A stretch of 30,136 nucleotides of DNA from an uncultured delta proteobacterium (GCA_963745835.1 CAVUZH010000009.1:1-30136), one strand, 5' to 3'; counted from the stretch's first letter, positions 19,662-29,255 are shown. A program made the numbers and translations. Notes: generated by a model not told the origin, from the sequence alone.

Positions 19662-20387
19662 ATGTACGGATGGCGCGCCCGCATCGGCCACGTGGCTCCG
19701 TCGCGCGGAGACACACTGGTTTATGAATTCTATAAGATGTTTCCCGAAGGTTTCATGATGTTGAACACCACCGGAACCGTGCGGCAATTGGTAGATAATG
19801 ATTTCGAGAAACAATTGCAGCGCATCGAGGAGGCGGTGCAGGATCTGGTGGATAACAATTGCGATTCGATCATTTTTAGCGGATCACCTCTCTTTACCCG
19901 GCTTCCTTTCGGCACAGACCGCGAAATGGGGCAGAAGCTGACAGAGAAATTCGGCGTACCGGTGGCCGCCGGACTGACAGCGGAGGTCGAGGCGTTAAAG
20001 GCAATGAAAATCAAAAAGCTCGTTGTCGGCACGCCCTATGAGGAAGAGATCAATCAGAGATTGAAACGGCATCTGGAAGCCTCCGGGTTCGAGGTGTTGC
20101 AGATTGCCGGTTACGGCGTCCGGAAAAATGCCCAACTCACCGACCTTCCGGTTCATGCCTCTTACAAAATCGCCAAGCGACTTTATGCCAAGGGCCGCGA
20201 CGCCGACGGCATTTTCATCCCGTGTCCCCGCTGGCCGACGATTGCGGACGTAGCATTGCTCGAAGAGGAGATCGGCAAGCCGGTGATCACCAGCAGCCTG
20301 GCGTGTATCTGGCACGCGTTGAAGCTCATCGACATCAAGGAAAATGTGAGCGGTTATGGACGGCTGATGGCAAGTCTTGGAAAATAA
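19662..20387 (+). CDS. Maleate cis-trans isomerase / Asp-Glu racemase family protein
   Basis: MYGWRARIG, GTPYEEEIN, ADGIFIPC, LEEEIGKPVITS, GYGRL; RBS GGAGG. Confidence 0.88.
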   Translation: MYGWRARIGHVAPSRGDTLVYEFYKMFPEGFMMLNTTGTVRQLVDNDFEKQLQRIEEAVQDLVDNNCDSIIFSGSPLFTRLPFGTDREMGQKLTEKFGVPVAAGLTAEVEALKAMKIKKLVVGTPYEEEINQRLKRHLEASGFEVLQIAGYGVRKNAQLTDLPVHASYKIAKRLYAKGRDADGIFIPCPRWPTIADVALLEEEIGKPVITSSLACIWHALKLIDIKENVSGYGRLMASLGK

Positions 20388-20405
20388 GGAAGTCTTAAGT
20401 AACCG

Positions 20406-21566
20406 CTATGCCGCCGCGGTGCCCCAGACTTTTGCCGCCGTCTCGACCATCACATCGAGCTTGCGGAATTGTTCGTCTTCGCCGAGAAGATTGCCCATGA
20501 TGCTTGAGGCAAAGCCGCATTGCGGGCTCAACGCAAGCTGCTCGATGGGGATATAGCCGGCGGCCTCGTCGATGCGCCGCCTCAGTTCATCGACGGTCTC
20601 GACCCGGCCCACCTTGGTGGTAATGAGACCTAAAACAACCGTCTTGCCTTTCGGAACCAAGCGCAGGGGCTCGAAGCTGCCGGCGCGTTCGGTGTCGTAT
20701 TCGAGCAGCAGGCGTGAGTGATTCAGGCCGTTGAAAAGCTTCTCCGCAATGGCATCGTAGCTGCCTTCGCGGTGCCACATGCTTTGGCGGTTGCCCCGGC
20801 ATAAGTGAATTCCGAACGTGATATCAGGAAAATCGGCAATGACTTGATTGTCGGCTATGATCGACCGCTCCATATTCCGCTCCGGATCTTCGCCGCGCGC
20901 GCTCATGGCAGCCAACGATGGACCATCCACGTAGGCGGTGTAACCCGGAGCATCGATGCCGACGTAGCGACAGCCCGCTTCGGCCAATTGGCCGATCATT
21001 TGGCGTTCGACCGCAACCACATCCGCAACAAAATCGTCGATCGAGGGATAGACCGAACATGAGCTTTCGCTATCAAAGCACTGCGTGATTCTATCGGGTC
21101 CGATCAAGCTTACCTTTACCGGTCGGCGGGTCAGGCTCTGCGCGAAGCGATAATCCTCGAGCAAGCGATTGCGCAGCAGCCGTAACCTTTGTGTTACACG
21201 CTTGCGATTGAGAAGAATGGGATCTTGTCCCTTCTCTGTTTTCGACCCTTCGGTATCTCCACGAGCGAGAATGTTGTGGTAAGTCTTTACGCCGCTCTGC
21301 CATTCTTCAACGCCGGCGACCACCGAGAAACTCTCCATAAAATTGGTCCGACGAAACTCGCCATCGACGACCAGAGGCAAATGATGCGCCTCTTGCGTGA
21401 CGATGACTTCACGGATCGCCTCATCTTGAATTTTTTGCAGCTCCTCTTCCGAGATCTCGCCGCTACCCCATTTAGAAAATGCTTGTTTCAGCTTGGCGGG
21501 CCGGAGCAGGCTCCCAACCAAGTCGACACGCAATGAATTCAAATTCTCGGCTAGCGAAAGCGTCAT
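20406..21566 (-). CDS. Cobalamin-independent methionine synthase II family protein (single barrel)
   Basis: VGSLLRP, DGEFRR, HLCRGN, LEYD, LGLITTK, LSPQCGFAS zinc-ligand motifs. Confidence 0.92.
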   Translation of the reverse strand: MTLSLAENLNSLRVDLVGSLLRPAKLKQAFSKWGSGEISEEELQKIQDEAIREVIVTQEAHHLPLVVDGEFRRTNFMESFSVVAGVEEWQSGVKTYHNILARGDTEGSKTEKGQDPILLNRKRVTQRLRLLRNRLLEDYRFAQSLTRRPVKVSLIGPDRITQCFDSESSCSVYPSIDDFVADVVAVERQMIGQLAEAGCRYVGIDAPGYTAYVDGPSLAAMSARGEDPERNMERSIIADNQVIADFPDITFGIHLCRGNRQSMWHREGSYDAIAEKLFNGLNHSRLLLEYDTERAGSFEPLRLVPKGKTVVLGLITTKVGRVETVDELRRRIDEAAGYIPIEQLALSPQCGFASSIMGNLLGEDEQFRKLDVMVETAAKVWGTAAA

Positions 21567-21923
21567 ATTCTATTTCCTTTATGGTTCGCCAATATCTAGC
21601 ATGCCACTACCATGCGCCGGAACAATTGCCAGAGGGGCTGCTCTTGAAACTGCCTATACCTCGCATAGGGACACCGACCTACTCTGCGGCATTGCCGTGT
21701 AGAAGGCTAGGATGATATGAACCGATATATACTAAATTGCGGCAGTACAGTAGTTTCGCCTCCTGGTGAATATTCGGCCTGGCCGGGCGAATACGTCGGA
21801 CTATAACTGCTAGACATTGGTTAGGTTTCGCCTAGCACAGGCATTCGACAGTACGTTCTTGAATTTTTATCCTGCGACGATCGACGGCTTGATCAGTCCG
21901 GCGGAGTTAAAACTTAATACCTG

Positions 21924-22409
21924 ATGGACACCGTTCAAGCCTACTACTTACTTGCCGCGCTGCTGGTCCTCGCCGGTCTGGCCGGTCTCGTACTTCCCGG
22001 GCTGCCAGGATCACCGCTGATCTTCGCCGGGCTTTTTATCGCCGCTTGGGCTGAAGATTTCACCTACGTCGGCATCGGCACATTGATTGTCCTGGCGGTG
22101 CTCGCGGTCCTTACCTATGCCGTCGACTTCTGGGCAACTATGTTCGGCGCCAAGAAATTCGGCGCGTCCAAGCGCGCTGTCTTCGGCGCACTGATCGGCG
22201 CCATAGTCGGCCTATTTCTTGGTCTTCCGGGTATTATCTTCGGTCCCTTCATCGGCGCGGTCATTGGCGAGCTTTCGGCTCAACGCGGCATTCAAGACGC
22301 TGCCCGCGCCGGCTTTGGTGCTACGGTCGGTCTGGCAATTGGCGTCGCCGTCAAGATGGCAGTGGCATTCTCGATGATCGGAATCTTTATCTTCGCTCGA
22401 TTTCTTTGA
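21924..22409 (+). CDS. DUF456-family membrane protein
   Basis: VLPGLPGSPLIF, GAKKFGASK, GPFIGAVIGEL. Confidence 0.88.
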   Translation: MDTVQAYYLLAALLVLAGLAGLVLPGLPGSPLIFAGLFIAAWAEDFTYVGIGTLIVLAVLAVLTYAVDFWATMFGAKKFGASKRAVFGALIGAIVGLFLGLPGIIFGPFIGAVIGELSAQRGIQDAARAGFGATVGLAIGVAVKMAVAFSMIGIFIFARFL

Positions 22410-22647
22410 CGTTCGAAAACCCAAATCGGCAATCGCTTAATCAATTACGAAACAAGCACGACCGCGGCTGTTGCGCGTGGAACTGTCGAGATACTATGTT
22501 GATGCGCTATTGATGTGAAAAGGAGATTGGGAGAATGCGCACGCTAAGAATGTTCTCCGCTTTAAGCGACTACGATCGAAATTGCCGCCGGATGAGCCGA
22601 TAGCCGTTCTATCCGACAAAAATCTTGTAAACGACTGGAGATGCGCC

Positions 22648-23013
22648 TCACTGATCGTCGCGATGAACAGTGTCGGGCGAAAAGGCCGGCAGGCAAACTG
22701 CAATGTATTCCGCGCCCGCGGCACCGGGCGTGCTGTAGCGCACCCACTCACCGGCATTGACGATAATGGCTTGCCTGGCGGAAACCTGATGCACAGCGTC
22801 GCGCGTCTCCACTTGCAGTTGACCGCGCAAGACGACGGTGAACTCGTCGAACTCGGGCGTCTGACCTTGCTCACGCCACCCTGACGGGCTGGTCATCCTG
22901 GCGACGCTGAGTTTGGACGTTGCAGAATTCACCCGGCCGATAAATTCTTCGATAATCTTGGGAGGCTGCCCCGCCGCCGGGATAACTGTCGGTGCTGTAA
23001 AGAGTCTTGCCAT
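22648..23013 (-). CDS. Cupin-domain protein
   Basis: KIIEEFIGRVNS, QTPEFDEFTVVLRG, GEWVRYSTP, CLPAFSPDTVHRD. Confidence 0.88.
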   Translation of the reverse strand: MARLFTAPTVIPAAGQPPKIIEEFIGRVNSATSKLSVARMTSPSGWREQGQTPEFDEFTVVLRGQLQVETRDAVHQVSARQAIIVNAGEWVRYSTPGAAGAEYIAVCLPAFSPDTVHRDDQ

Positions 23014-23199
23014 GATAAAAAGCTACATGCAAAAATCGACAAGCGCAATTGAGTTGATGCAGCGTAATTTAATCCGCTTGCTCCGGTGGGATAATAGCCC
23101 GCTGATCCTGAACCAACTTCTGCGCGAAGCGCCGGCGCGGCAACAGCCGGAGTCGATCCTGAACAACCGTGGAAGAGTCAAAACAGCGATGAGCGATCG

Positions 23200-23826
23200 A
23201 TGGACAATATAGCGCAATTTGCTTTGGTGTCGCTGACGTCGCTCCTGTTTATCGTCGACCCGGTTGCGGTTGTGCCGGCTTACCTGTTTATCACTAGCGA
23301 TGAGGCAGCCGAAGACCAGCGCCGCACTGCTAAACGGGCCTGCATCGTGATGACGATTCTGCTGATATTTTTTGCCGCGACGGGTAATTTGCTGTTCCGC
23401 GCATTTGCAATCACGCTGCCGGCGTTTAGAACCGCCGGTGGATTAATTCTCTGGTATGTTGCCATGGACATGCTGCGCGGCGAGCGGCGCACCCAAGGAG
23501 GACAAGAAGAAGTGCTCGAGGGCCAGACCAAGGAAGACGTAGCCATTACACCGCTTGCGATTCCGATGCTCGCCGGACCAGGCGCAATTTCGACAGTCAT
23601 TGTACTTTCGTCCCAAGCACGAGGTCTGCTCGAGTTGGGAGTCGTCTACGGCTCGGTGGTCGTGACGGGGCTGGTTTCGTATTTCGTCTTGCGGCTCGGC
23701 GAAGTGTTACTAAGGCGGCTTGGCAAGACTGGCATCAGAGTTTTGACTCGAATCATGGGGTTGATCTTGGCCGCAGTGGCAGTTCAGTTTGTTTTGAGCG
23801 GAATCAAGGAGACTTTCGGCATTTGA
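23200..23826 (+). CDS. MarC-family membrane protein
   Basis: IVDPV, FRTAGGLIL, PLAIPMLAGPGAIS, TRIMGLILAAVAVQF. Confidence 0.93.
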   Translation: MDNIAQFALVSLTSLLFIVDPVAVVPAYLFITSDEAAEDQRRTAKRACIVMTILLIFFAATGNLLFRAFAITLPAFRTAGGLILWYVAMDMLRGERRTQGGQEEVLEGQTKEDVAITPLAIPMLAGPGAISTVIVLSSQARGLLELGVVYGSVVVTGLVSYFVLRLGEVLLRRLGKTGIRVLTRIMGLILAAVAVQFVLSGIKETFGI

Positions 23827-23956
23827 TGCTCCGACTTTTTAGTCTAGGAGGGTGCTTGCCGCCGCAAACATCGAGTATGCCGATGAACCGGTTACTCGAG
23901 CAGGACGTTAGCTTATTACCCCGTTCGATTACGACGACAAGAGGAGAAAGAGACCC

Positions 23957-24700
23957 ATGGAGTGGATATTTGACCCGCAGGCATGGATTGCCTTCGCCAC
24001 GCTGCTCGCGCTAGAGATCGTTCTTGGCATCGATAATGTCGTTTTTATTTCCATCCTCGCTGGAAAACTACCCGCCTCTCAGCAAGCCAAAGCCCGTTAT
24101 GTTGGCCTTGGTCTGGCCATGGTGATGCGCATCATTCTGCTTTTTTCCATTTCCTGGGTCATCGGCCTGACGGCGCCGCTCTTTACTGTCTTTCAACAAG
24201 AAATTTCCGGGCGCGACATCATCCTGCTGGTCGGCGGACTTTTTCTGATCGCAAAAAGCACGCACGAAATTCACCAGCGGCTTGAAGGCTACGAAGAACA
24301 CGCTTCAGCTAAGGCAGCGGCGAGTTTCAGCAGTGTGATCATTCAGATACTTCTGCTCGATATCGTTTTCTCTCTCGATTCGGTCATCACCGCAGTCGGC
24401 ATGGTCGACGATATCAGTATCATGATTTCCGCCGTGGTTATCGCGGTGTTATTCATGATGGCATTCGCCGGCCCCATTGGCCGGTTCGTAGAACGGCATC
24501 CAACGGTGAAAATGTTGGCGCTGAGCTTTTTACTTTTGATCGGCATGACTCTCATCGCCGAAGGGTTCGATCAACATATATCGAAAGGTTACATCTACTC
24601 CGCCATGGCGTTCTCGGTATTTGTAGAAATACTCAACCTCAACGCCGAAAAAACAAAAGCCGCGCCGGTGAAGCTACACCAACGATACGCGGAAAAATGA
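23957..24700 (+). CDS. TerC-family membrane protein
   Basis: LEIVLGIDNVVFISIL, LLDIVFSLDSVITAVGM, KGYIYSAMAFS; RBS GAGGAG. Confidence 0.93.
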   Translation: MEWIFDPQAWIAFATLLALEIVLGIDNVVFISILAGKLPASQQAKARYVGLGLAMVMRIILLFSISWVIGLTAPLFTVFQQEISGRDIILLVGGLFLIAKSTHEIHQRLEGYEEHASAKAAASFSSVIIQILLLDIVFSLDSVITAVGMVDDISIMISAVVIAVLFMMAFAGPIGRFVERHPTVKMLALSFLLLIGMTLIAEGFDQHISKGYIYSAMAFSVFVEILNLNAEKTKAAPVKLHQRYAEK

Positions 24701-24851
24701 GCGGGATTATGAAACATAGCTACAGATCCTGCGATGCCGGATTTGCATAAGCTGTGGCAGACGGTCGTCACGTCTACATCGCAAGAAACCGCGCTGCCCT
24801 GAATCTGTGAGCGACTTCATTTCCCGGTCCGAGAGGATCTCGGCGTAATCC

Positions 24852-26354
24852 ATGCTTGAGTCTCTAGCGAGCCTTCTCTACGGCTTTAACATCGCGCTGC
24901 AGCCGCAAAACCTTCTTTATTGCTTCATCGGCGTCACCATGGGAACTCTAGTCGGGGTTCTGCCCGGAATCGGTCCGACGGCTACAATCGCGCTGCTCTT
25001 GCCTGCCACCTTCGCGCTCAATCCGATCTCCGCCATCATCATGCTCTCCGGCATTTGCTACGGGGCCATGTACGGCGGCTCAACCACTTCAATCTTGCTG
25101 AATATCCCTGGAGAAGCTTCTTCCGTCGTTACTTGTTTCGATGGCTATCAGATGGCGCGTCAGGGCCGAGCGGGCGCCGCCCTCGGGATTTCCGCATTCG
25201 CATCCTTCATTGCCGGCACGTTCAGCATCTTCGGTCTCATCCTGCTCGCGCCGACGCTAGCTAACTTCGCGCTCCGATTCGGCCCGCCGGAGTATTTTGC
25301 CCTGATGGTAATGGGTTTAACGGTAGTCGCTTATCTGGCGAGAAAATCGATGGCCAAAGCTCTGCTGATGGCGGTTCTCGGCATCCTGCTCGGATGCATC
25401 GGCCTCGATCCGATCACGGCAACGCCGCGGTTCACTTTCGGCCTGCTGGAACTGGCGGACGGCATCGGCATAGCGCCAGTGGTCATGGGCCTCTTCGGCA
25501 TCGCCGAAGTTCTGGAGAACCTCGGCGTGCAACGCAAGACCGAAGTCTTTGCCGAAAAGATCAAGGGGCTTTTCCCCAACCGTGAAGACTGGAAACGATC
25601 CGCCGGCCCCATGGCTCGCGGCTCGCTGTTAGGATTTTCTCTCGGGCTCTTGCCGGGTGTCGGAGCCATCGTGCCGCAGTTTTTAAGCTATGCCCTGGAA
25701 AAGAACCTCTCGCGGTATCCCGAACGCTTTGGCAACGGCGCCATCGAAGGCGTCGCTTCGCCGGAGGCCTGCAACAACGCTGCGGTCGGCGGCACCTTCA
25801 TCCCGCTCCTCAGTCTGGGCATACCTTCTACGGCGATGACGGCGATTTTACTCGGCGCGCTCATGATCTATGGTCTCACCCCCGGACCTTTGTTGATCAA
25901 GAATTCCCCCGATCTGTTTTGGGGCGTAATCGCGAGCATGTACATCGGCAATCTTATGCTCTTGATTCTCAACCTGCCGCTGATTCCCCTGTGGGTGCGT
26001 GTATTGAAAATCCCTTATGCTTACCTTTCGTGCTTCATCATTCTCTTTTGTCTGATCGGCGCCTACAGCCTCAACAACAGCACCACCGATATCTATGTCG
26101 CAATCGTCTTCAGCATAGTTGGACTTCTCATGAAAAAATTCGCCTTCGAGCCCGCGCCGCTGGTGCTCGCATTCGTATTGGGTCCTTTGCTCGAGACCGC
26201 TTTAAGGCGCTCGCTAATCCAATCAGACGGCAGCCTTTTGATCTTCCTGCAGCGGCCGATCTCGGCAGCGTTCATTGTATTTTCCATCGCTGTGCTCATA
26301 GCGCCGTTGTTTAGCCATATAAGACTGGGGCGTGGACTCAGTGAAGAGGACTAA
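24852..26354 (+). CDS. tctA: Tripartite tricarboxylate transporter large permease
   Basis: GTLVGVLPGIG, YGAMYGGSTTSILLNIPG, FGPPEYF, PEACNNAA, LSLGIP, PAPLVLAFVLG. Confidence 0.93.
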   Translation: MLESLASLLYGFNIALQPQNLLYCFIGVTMGTLVGVLPGIGPTATIALLLPATFALNPISAIIMLSGICYGAMYGGSTTSILLNIPGEASSVVTCFDGYQMARQGRAGAALGISAFASFIAGTFSIFGLILLAPTLANFALRFGPPEYFALMVMGLTVVAYLARKSMAKALLMAVLGILLGCIGLDPITATPRFTFGLLELADGIGIAPVVMGLFGIAEVLENLGVQRKTEVFAEKIKGLFPNREDWKRSAGPMARGSLLGFSLGLLPGVGAIVPQFLSYALEKNLSRYPERFGNGAIEGVASPEACNNAAVGGTFIPLLSLGIPSTAMTAILLGALMIYGLTPGPLLIKNSPDLFWGVIASMYIGNLMLLILNLPLIPLWVRVLKIPYAYLSCFIILFCLIGAYSLNNSTTDIYVAIVFSIVGLLMKKFAFEPAPLVLAFVLGPLLETALRRSLIQSDGSLLIFLQRPISAAFIVFSIAVLIAPLFSHIRLGRGLSEED

Positions 26355-26802
26355 AGCAATCGCCGCGAGCGCCGGCACGCTCTTCTGGATTGCCGTCGGA
26401 CTACTGACATCTTATGGAGCGACCCGGCTCGGAGTAGGAAGCATCACCGACCCGGGCGCTGGTTTTATTTTCTTCTGGTCGGGGCTGGTTCTGATCGTCT
26501 TATCGCTTATCGTCTTTGTCGATGCGACTCGTAGCTTCGAAAATACTGTGCGGCAAATACCGGAAATAAATTGGCCGAAGATTGTTCTGGTACTTTTTGC
26601 CCTCTTGTTATACGCCTTCTTCTTGGAAAAACTCGGGTTTGTTTTTACGACATTTGTTCTTATGAGTTTTTTACTGGGCTGCATTCAGGACGCGGGCTGG
26701 TTCCGATCCTTCGCGGTAGCGAGCGCTGCGGCGCTGACGAGCTATGCGATGTTCGAGCTATGGCTAAAGATCAGGCTTCCGAAAGGGATCGTCGGTTTCT
26801 GA
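26341..26802 (+). CDS. tctB: Tripartite tricarboxylate transporter small permease
   Basis: PGAGF motif, LEKLGFV, C-terminal LKIRLPKG; overlaps the end of tctA. GTG start uncertain (26332 or 26341). Confidence 0.85.
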   Translation: MKRTKAIAASAGTLFWIAVGLLTSYGATRLGVGSITDPGAGFIFFWSGLVLIVLSLIVFVDATRSFENTVRQIPEINWPKIVLVLFALLLYAFFLEKLGFVFTTFVLMSFLLGCIQDAGWFRSFAVASAAALTSYAMFELWLKIRLPKGIVGF

Positions 26803-26819
26803 TTCGAAAGGAGAAAAAT

Positions 26820-27818
26820 ATGGCTCCCTCGTACGATAAAATCTTGCTGACGCTCGCTTTGGTGCAAGCGATCGCTCTTGGTTCGGCACCGTCACAGTCC
26901 TGGTCACAGGAAAAATATCCTTCAAGGCCGATCGAGATGGTCGTGGCATTTCCCGCAGGTGGTTTCGCCGACGTGACCGGCAGAATTTTCGCCGAAGAGA
27001 TGTCGAAGGTTCTCAACACCCCCATTGCGCCGATCAATAAAGGCGGAGCCACCGGCAGCCTGGCCGCCACATCCATGCTCAGTGCAGCGAAGGATGGCTA
27101 CAGCATTTTGGTAAACACGCTAGGCGGCATGGTTCTCGCGCCAGTTACCCTCAAAGATATCAAATACGACACCAACAAGGATTTTCATCCTGTCGCCTTC
27201 ATCACGTCCGCGCCCGACGGACTGACCGTGCGCGCCGAGTCGCCGTATAAAAATCTCAACGACTTGATCGACGCGGCGCAAAAAAATCCGAATAAACTAT
27301 CCTACGGAACAGCGGGCACCGGCGTCGGCGGCCACTTCAATTCGCTGATTCTATCACAGGTCACCGGCATCAAGATCAAACATGTCCCATACAAAGGCGG
27401 GGGCGAATACATTCCGGCGCTCTTAGGCGGGCATCTGGATTTCGTCATCGGCACCGCAATCGCGACCCTGCCGCAGGAAAGCGCGGGCAAGCTCAGAACG
27501 TTGGCGCTCCTGGGCGGTAACAAGATGAAAGGATTGCCTTCGGTCCCGAGCACTGGCGAGCTGGGCATCAAAGGAAATTATCTCGATAGTTGGTCCGGTG
27601 CCTTCGTCACTGCCGGCACTCCCAAGCCAGTCATCGATACCCTCACAGCGGCGGCCGAGAAGGTGATCAAGTCAAAAGAATTCGGCGCCAGAATCGAAAA
27701 AACCGGTGGTATCGTTCAATATATCGCGCCTGCCGATTTTCGTTCGATGATCGAGCGCGATAAAAACACCGCGCTGGAAATCGCCAAGAAGGAAGGACTG
27801 GCGCAGGCGGGAAAGTGA
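26820..27818 (+). CDS. tctC: Tripartite tricarboxylate transporter substrate-binding protein
   Basis: YPSRPIEMVVAFPAGGFAD, KDGYS, HVPYKGGG. ATG 26820 follows AAGGAG, so the ORF-track start at 26571 is over-extended. Confidence 0.9.
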   Translation: MAPSYDKILLTLALVQAIALGSAPSQSWSQEKYPSRPIEMVVAFPAGGFADVTGRIFAEEMSKVLNTPIAPINKGGATGSLAATSMLSAAKDGYSILVNTLGGMVLAPVTLKDIKYDTNKDFHPVAFITSAPDGLTVRAESPYKNLNDLIDAAQKNPNKLSYGTAGTGVGGHFNSLILSQVTGIKIKHVPYKGGGEYIPALLGGHLDFVIGTAIATLPQESAGKLRTLALLGGNKMKGLPSVPSTGELGIKGNYLDSWSGAFVTAGTPKPVIDTLTAAAEKVIKSKEFGARIEKTGGIVQYIAPADFRSMIERDKNTALEIAKKEGLAQAGK

Positions 27819-27860
27819 GAGAGCAAACATCACCGCGGATCGGCTTTGAACAACCGTCCA

Positions 27861-28013
27861 ATATCCCAATACACCGCGGGCTGATATCCTCATACACCGC
27901 AGGATTGGCGGTGTTTGTTGGAATCAATACTCCTTAATAATTTCCTTTACGTTAGAATATTGCACGTAATTTTGTTTTTGAGATCGGGGGAATTAACCCT
28001 AATACACTGCGGG
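27861..28013 (+). repeat. Three imperfect 20-bp direct repeats upstream of the cassette
   Basis: ATATCCCAATACACCGCGGG (27861), ATATCCTCATACACCGCAGG (27884), TAACCCTAATACACTGCGGG (27994). Confidence 0.55.
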
Positions 28014-28036
28014 AATTGCGGCAGTAGACTCAGTAG

Positions 28037-29255
28037 TTAGATTTCACCACTCTCCGAAACTGCTTCATGACGACGAATGTACTGCTTGTCGGTTGCTCCT
28101 ATTCCGGGCCGCCGATCGAGGACGCGAACATCGAGGTGCTCGGGCTTTGTCGACCTGATATCGACAGGGGCCGGGCCGCGTACGCCCTCTATGAATACGA
28201 TGTGATCGTCATCAACCCGGAAAGCTACTCGCACTTCATGTTTGGACGCGCGACGACGCACTCTGCGTCCGACCGCGAGCTGTGGGACTTGAAGCAGGAG
28301 AACAATTCGCTCGACCTGGACACCGCGTTTGATCAGTACGACAGAGCTAAGGAACTTTCTGCGGCGATCGCGCAGGGAACTAGGGTCGTTTGGCTCCTTC
28401 AACGGCAGAAACATATCAATTTTTTCGGTCGTCGAAGCATATTCGTCGGCTATGTGAGCGAAGCTGCGCAGAGGCTGGTCGAGTCGGGCACGCTGCACGA
28501 TAAAAAGTCGCGCCGACTTACTACGACTGCGGATGTCGGCGAGTTCAAACCATTCTTCGATCACATCCAGTCCACTGGCTGGTCTTTGTGTCTTGCGGAC
28601 CACAACGAGTCGCTCGAGCCATTCGCCGCAACGCCGGAAGGTTATGCCTTAGGCGGCCGCGTCAAAGTTGGAGCGTCCTATGGCTGGCTACTGACCCCGC
28701 CACAGGATCAGGAAGGCATGAATCTCCTCATCCGAGGTGCGCTTGGCCTTCCCCTTGCCTCGGTTCCGCAGGTGGCCTACCACGGCATATTCCTTAGTCA
28801 TACCTCCACAGACAAGCCCTTTGTACGCGATTTGAAAGCGCGGCTTGAATCACACGGCGTGAAGGAGGTTTGGTTGGACGAGGCGGAGATCATGGTGGGG
28901 GACTCACTCACCAAGAAGATCGAAGAGGGACTCAAGAAGACAAAGTACATCGGGGTGGTTCTGTCGCTTCAGTCCATTAAATCCCCTTGGGTGGAGAGGG
29001 AGCTCGAAGTCGCGATCAACCGGGAAATCTCGACTGGGGAGGTCGTTGTGCTTCCACTTCTCTATGAAAAATGCGAACTCCCGTCTTTCCTTGTGGGCAA
29101 GATGTACGCCGACTTCACGTCGCCCGCTCAATTTGACGAAGGTGTGGAGAAGCTTCTGCGTCGGCTAAAGGCGAAATGAAATCTAACAGGTCGATCGACA
29201 CGGACGTCCTATCGGCTGGCTTCGCCTGCCTACTGTCCGCCGGTCATCTCCGACG
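28037..29255 (+). mobile_element. Integron gene cassette (no integrase in window)
   Basis: Starts at G/TTAGAT (28036-28042), holds one ORF and ends in an attC whose inverse core ATCTAAC is the exact reverse complement of GTTAGAT. Confidence 0.88.
28067..29179 (+). CDS. TIR-domain protein with ~235-aa unassigned N-terminal domain
   Basis: Residues ~240-370 read IFLSHTSTDKPFVRDL...VWLDEAEIMVGDSL...IEEGL...VVLS..SIKSPWVERELEVA...VLPLL...LPSFL..KMYADF, a TIR_2 pattern. Confidence 0.9.
   Translation: MTTNVLLVGCSYSGPPIEDANIEVLGLCRPDIDRGRAAYALYEYDVIVINPESYSHFMFGRATTHSASDRELWDLKQENNSLDLDTAFDQYDRAKELSAAIAQGTRVVWLLQRQKHINFFGRRSIFVGYVSEAAQRLVESGTLHDKKSRRLTTTADVGEFKPFFDHIQSTGWSLCLADHNESLEPFAATPEGYALGGRVKVGASYGWLLTPPQDQEGMNLLIRGALGLPLASVPQVAYHGIFLSHTSTDKPFVRDLKARLESHGVKEVWLDEAEIMVGDSLTKKIEEGLKKTKYIGVVLSLQSIKSPWVERELEVAINREISTGEVVVLPLLYEKCELPSFLVGKMYADFTSPAQFDEGVEKLLRRLKAK

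Noticed and set aside
20406-21566. Gene symbol metE
   Set aside because: Single-barrel MetE-II-like protein; true methionine synthase activity is uncertain.
23827-23956. yybP-ykoY (Mn2+) riboswitch upstream of the TerC gene
   Set aside because: Expected from context, but I could not find the conserved GGGGAGUA and GAGACC elements. An Rfam scan would settle it.
27667-27940. Divergent minus-strand ORFs at the position where intI would sit
   Set aside because: No frame resembles an IntI or tyrosine recombinase, and the ORFs run antisense into tctC.
27861-28013. Mini CRISPR array
   Set aside because: Repeats are divergent and unevenly spaced (3 bp and ~90 bp gaps); no cas genes.
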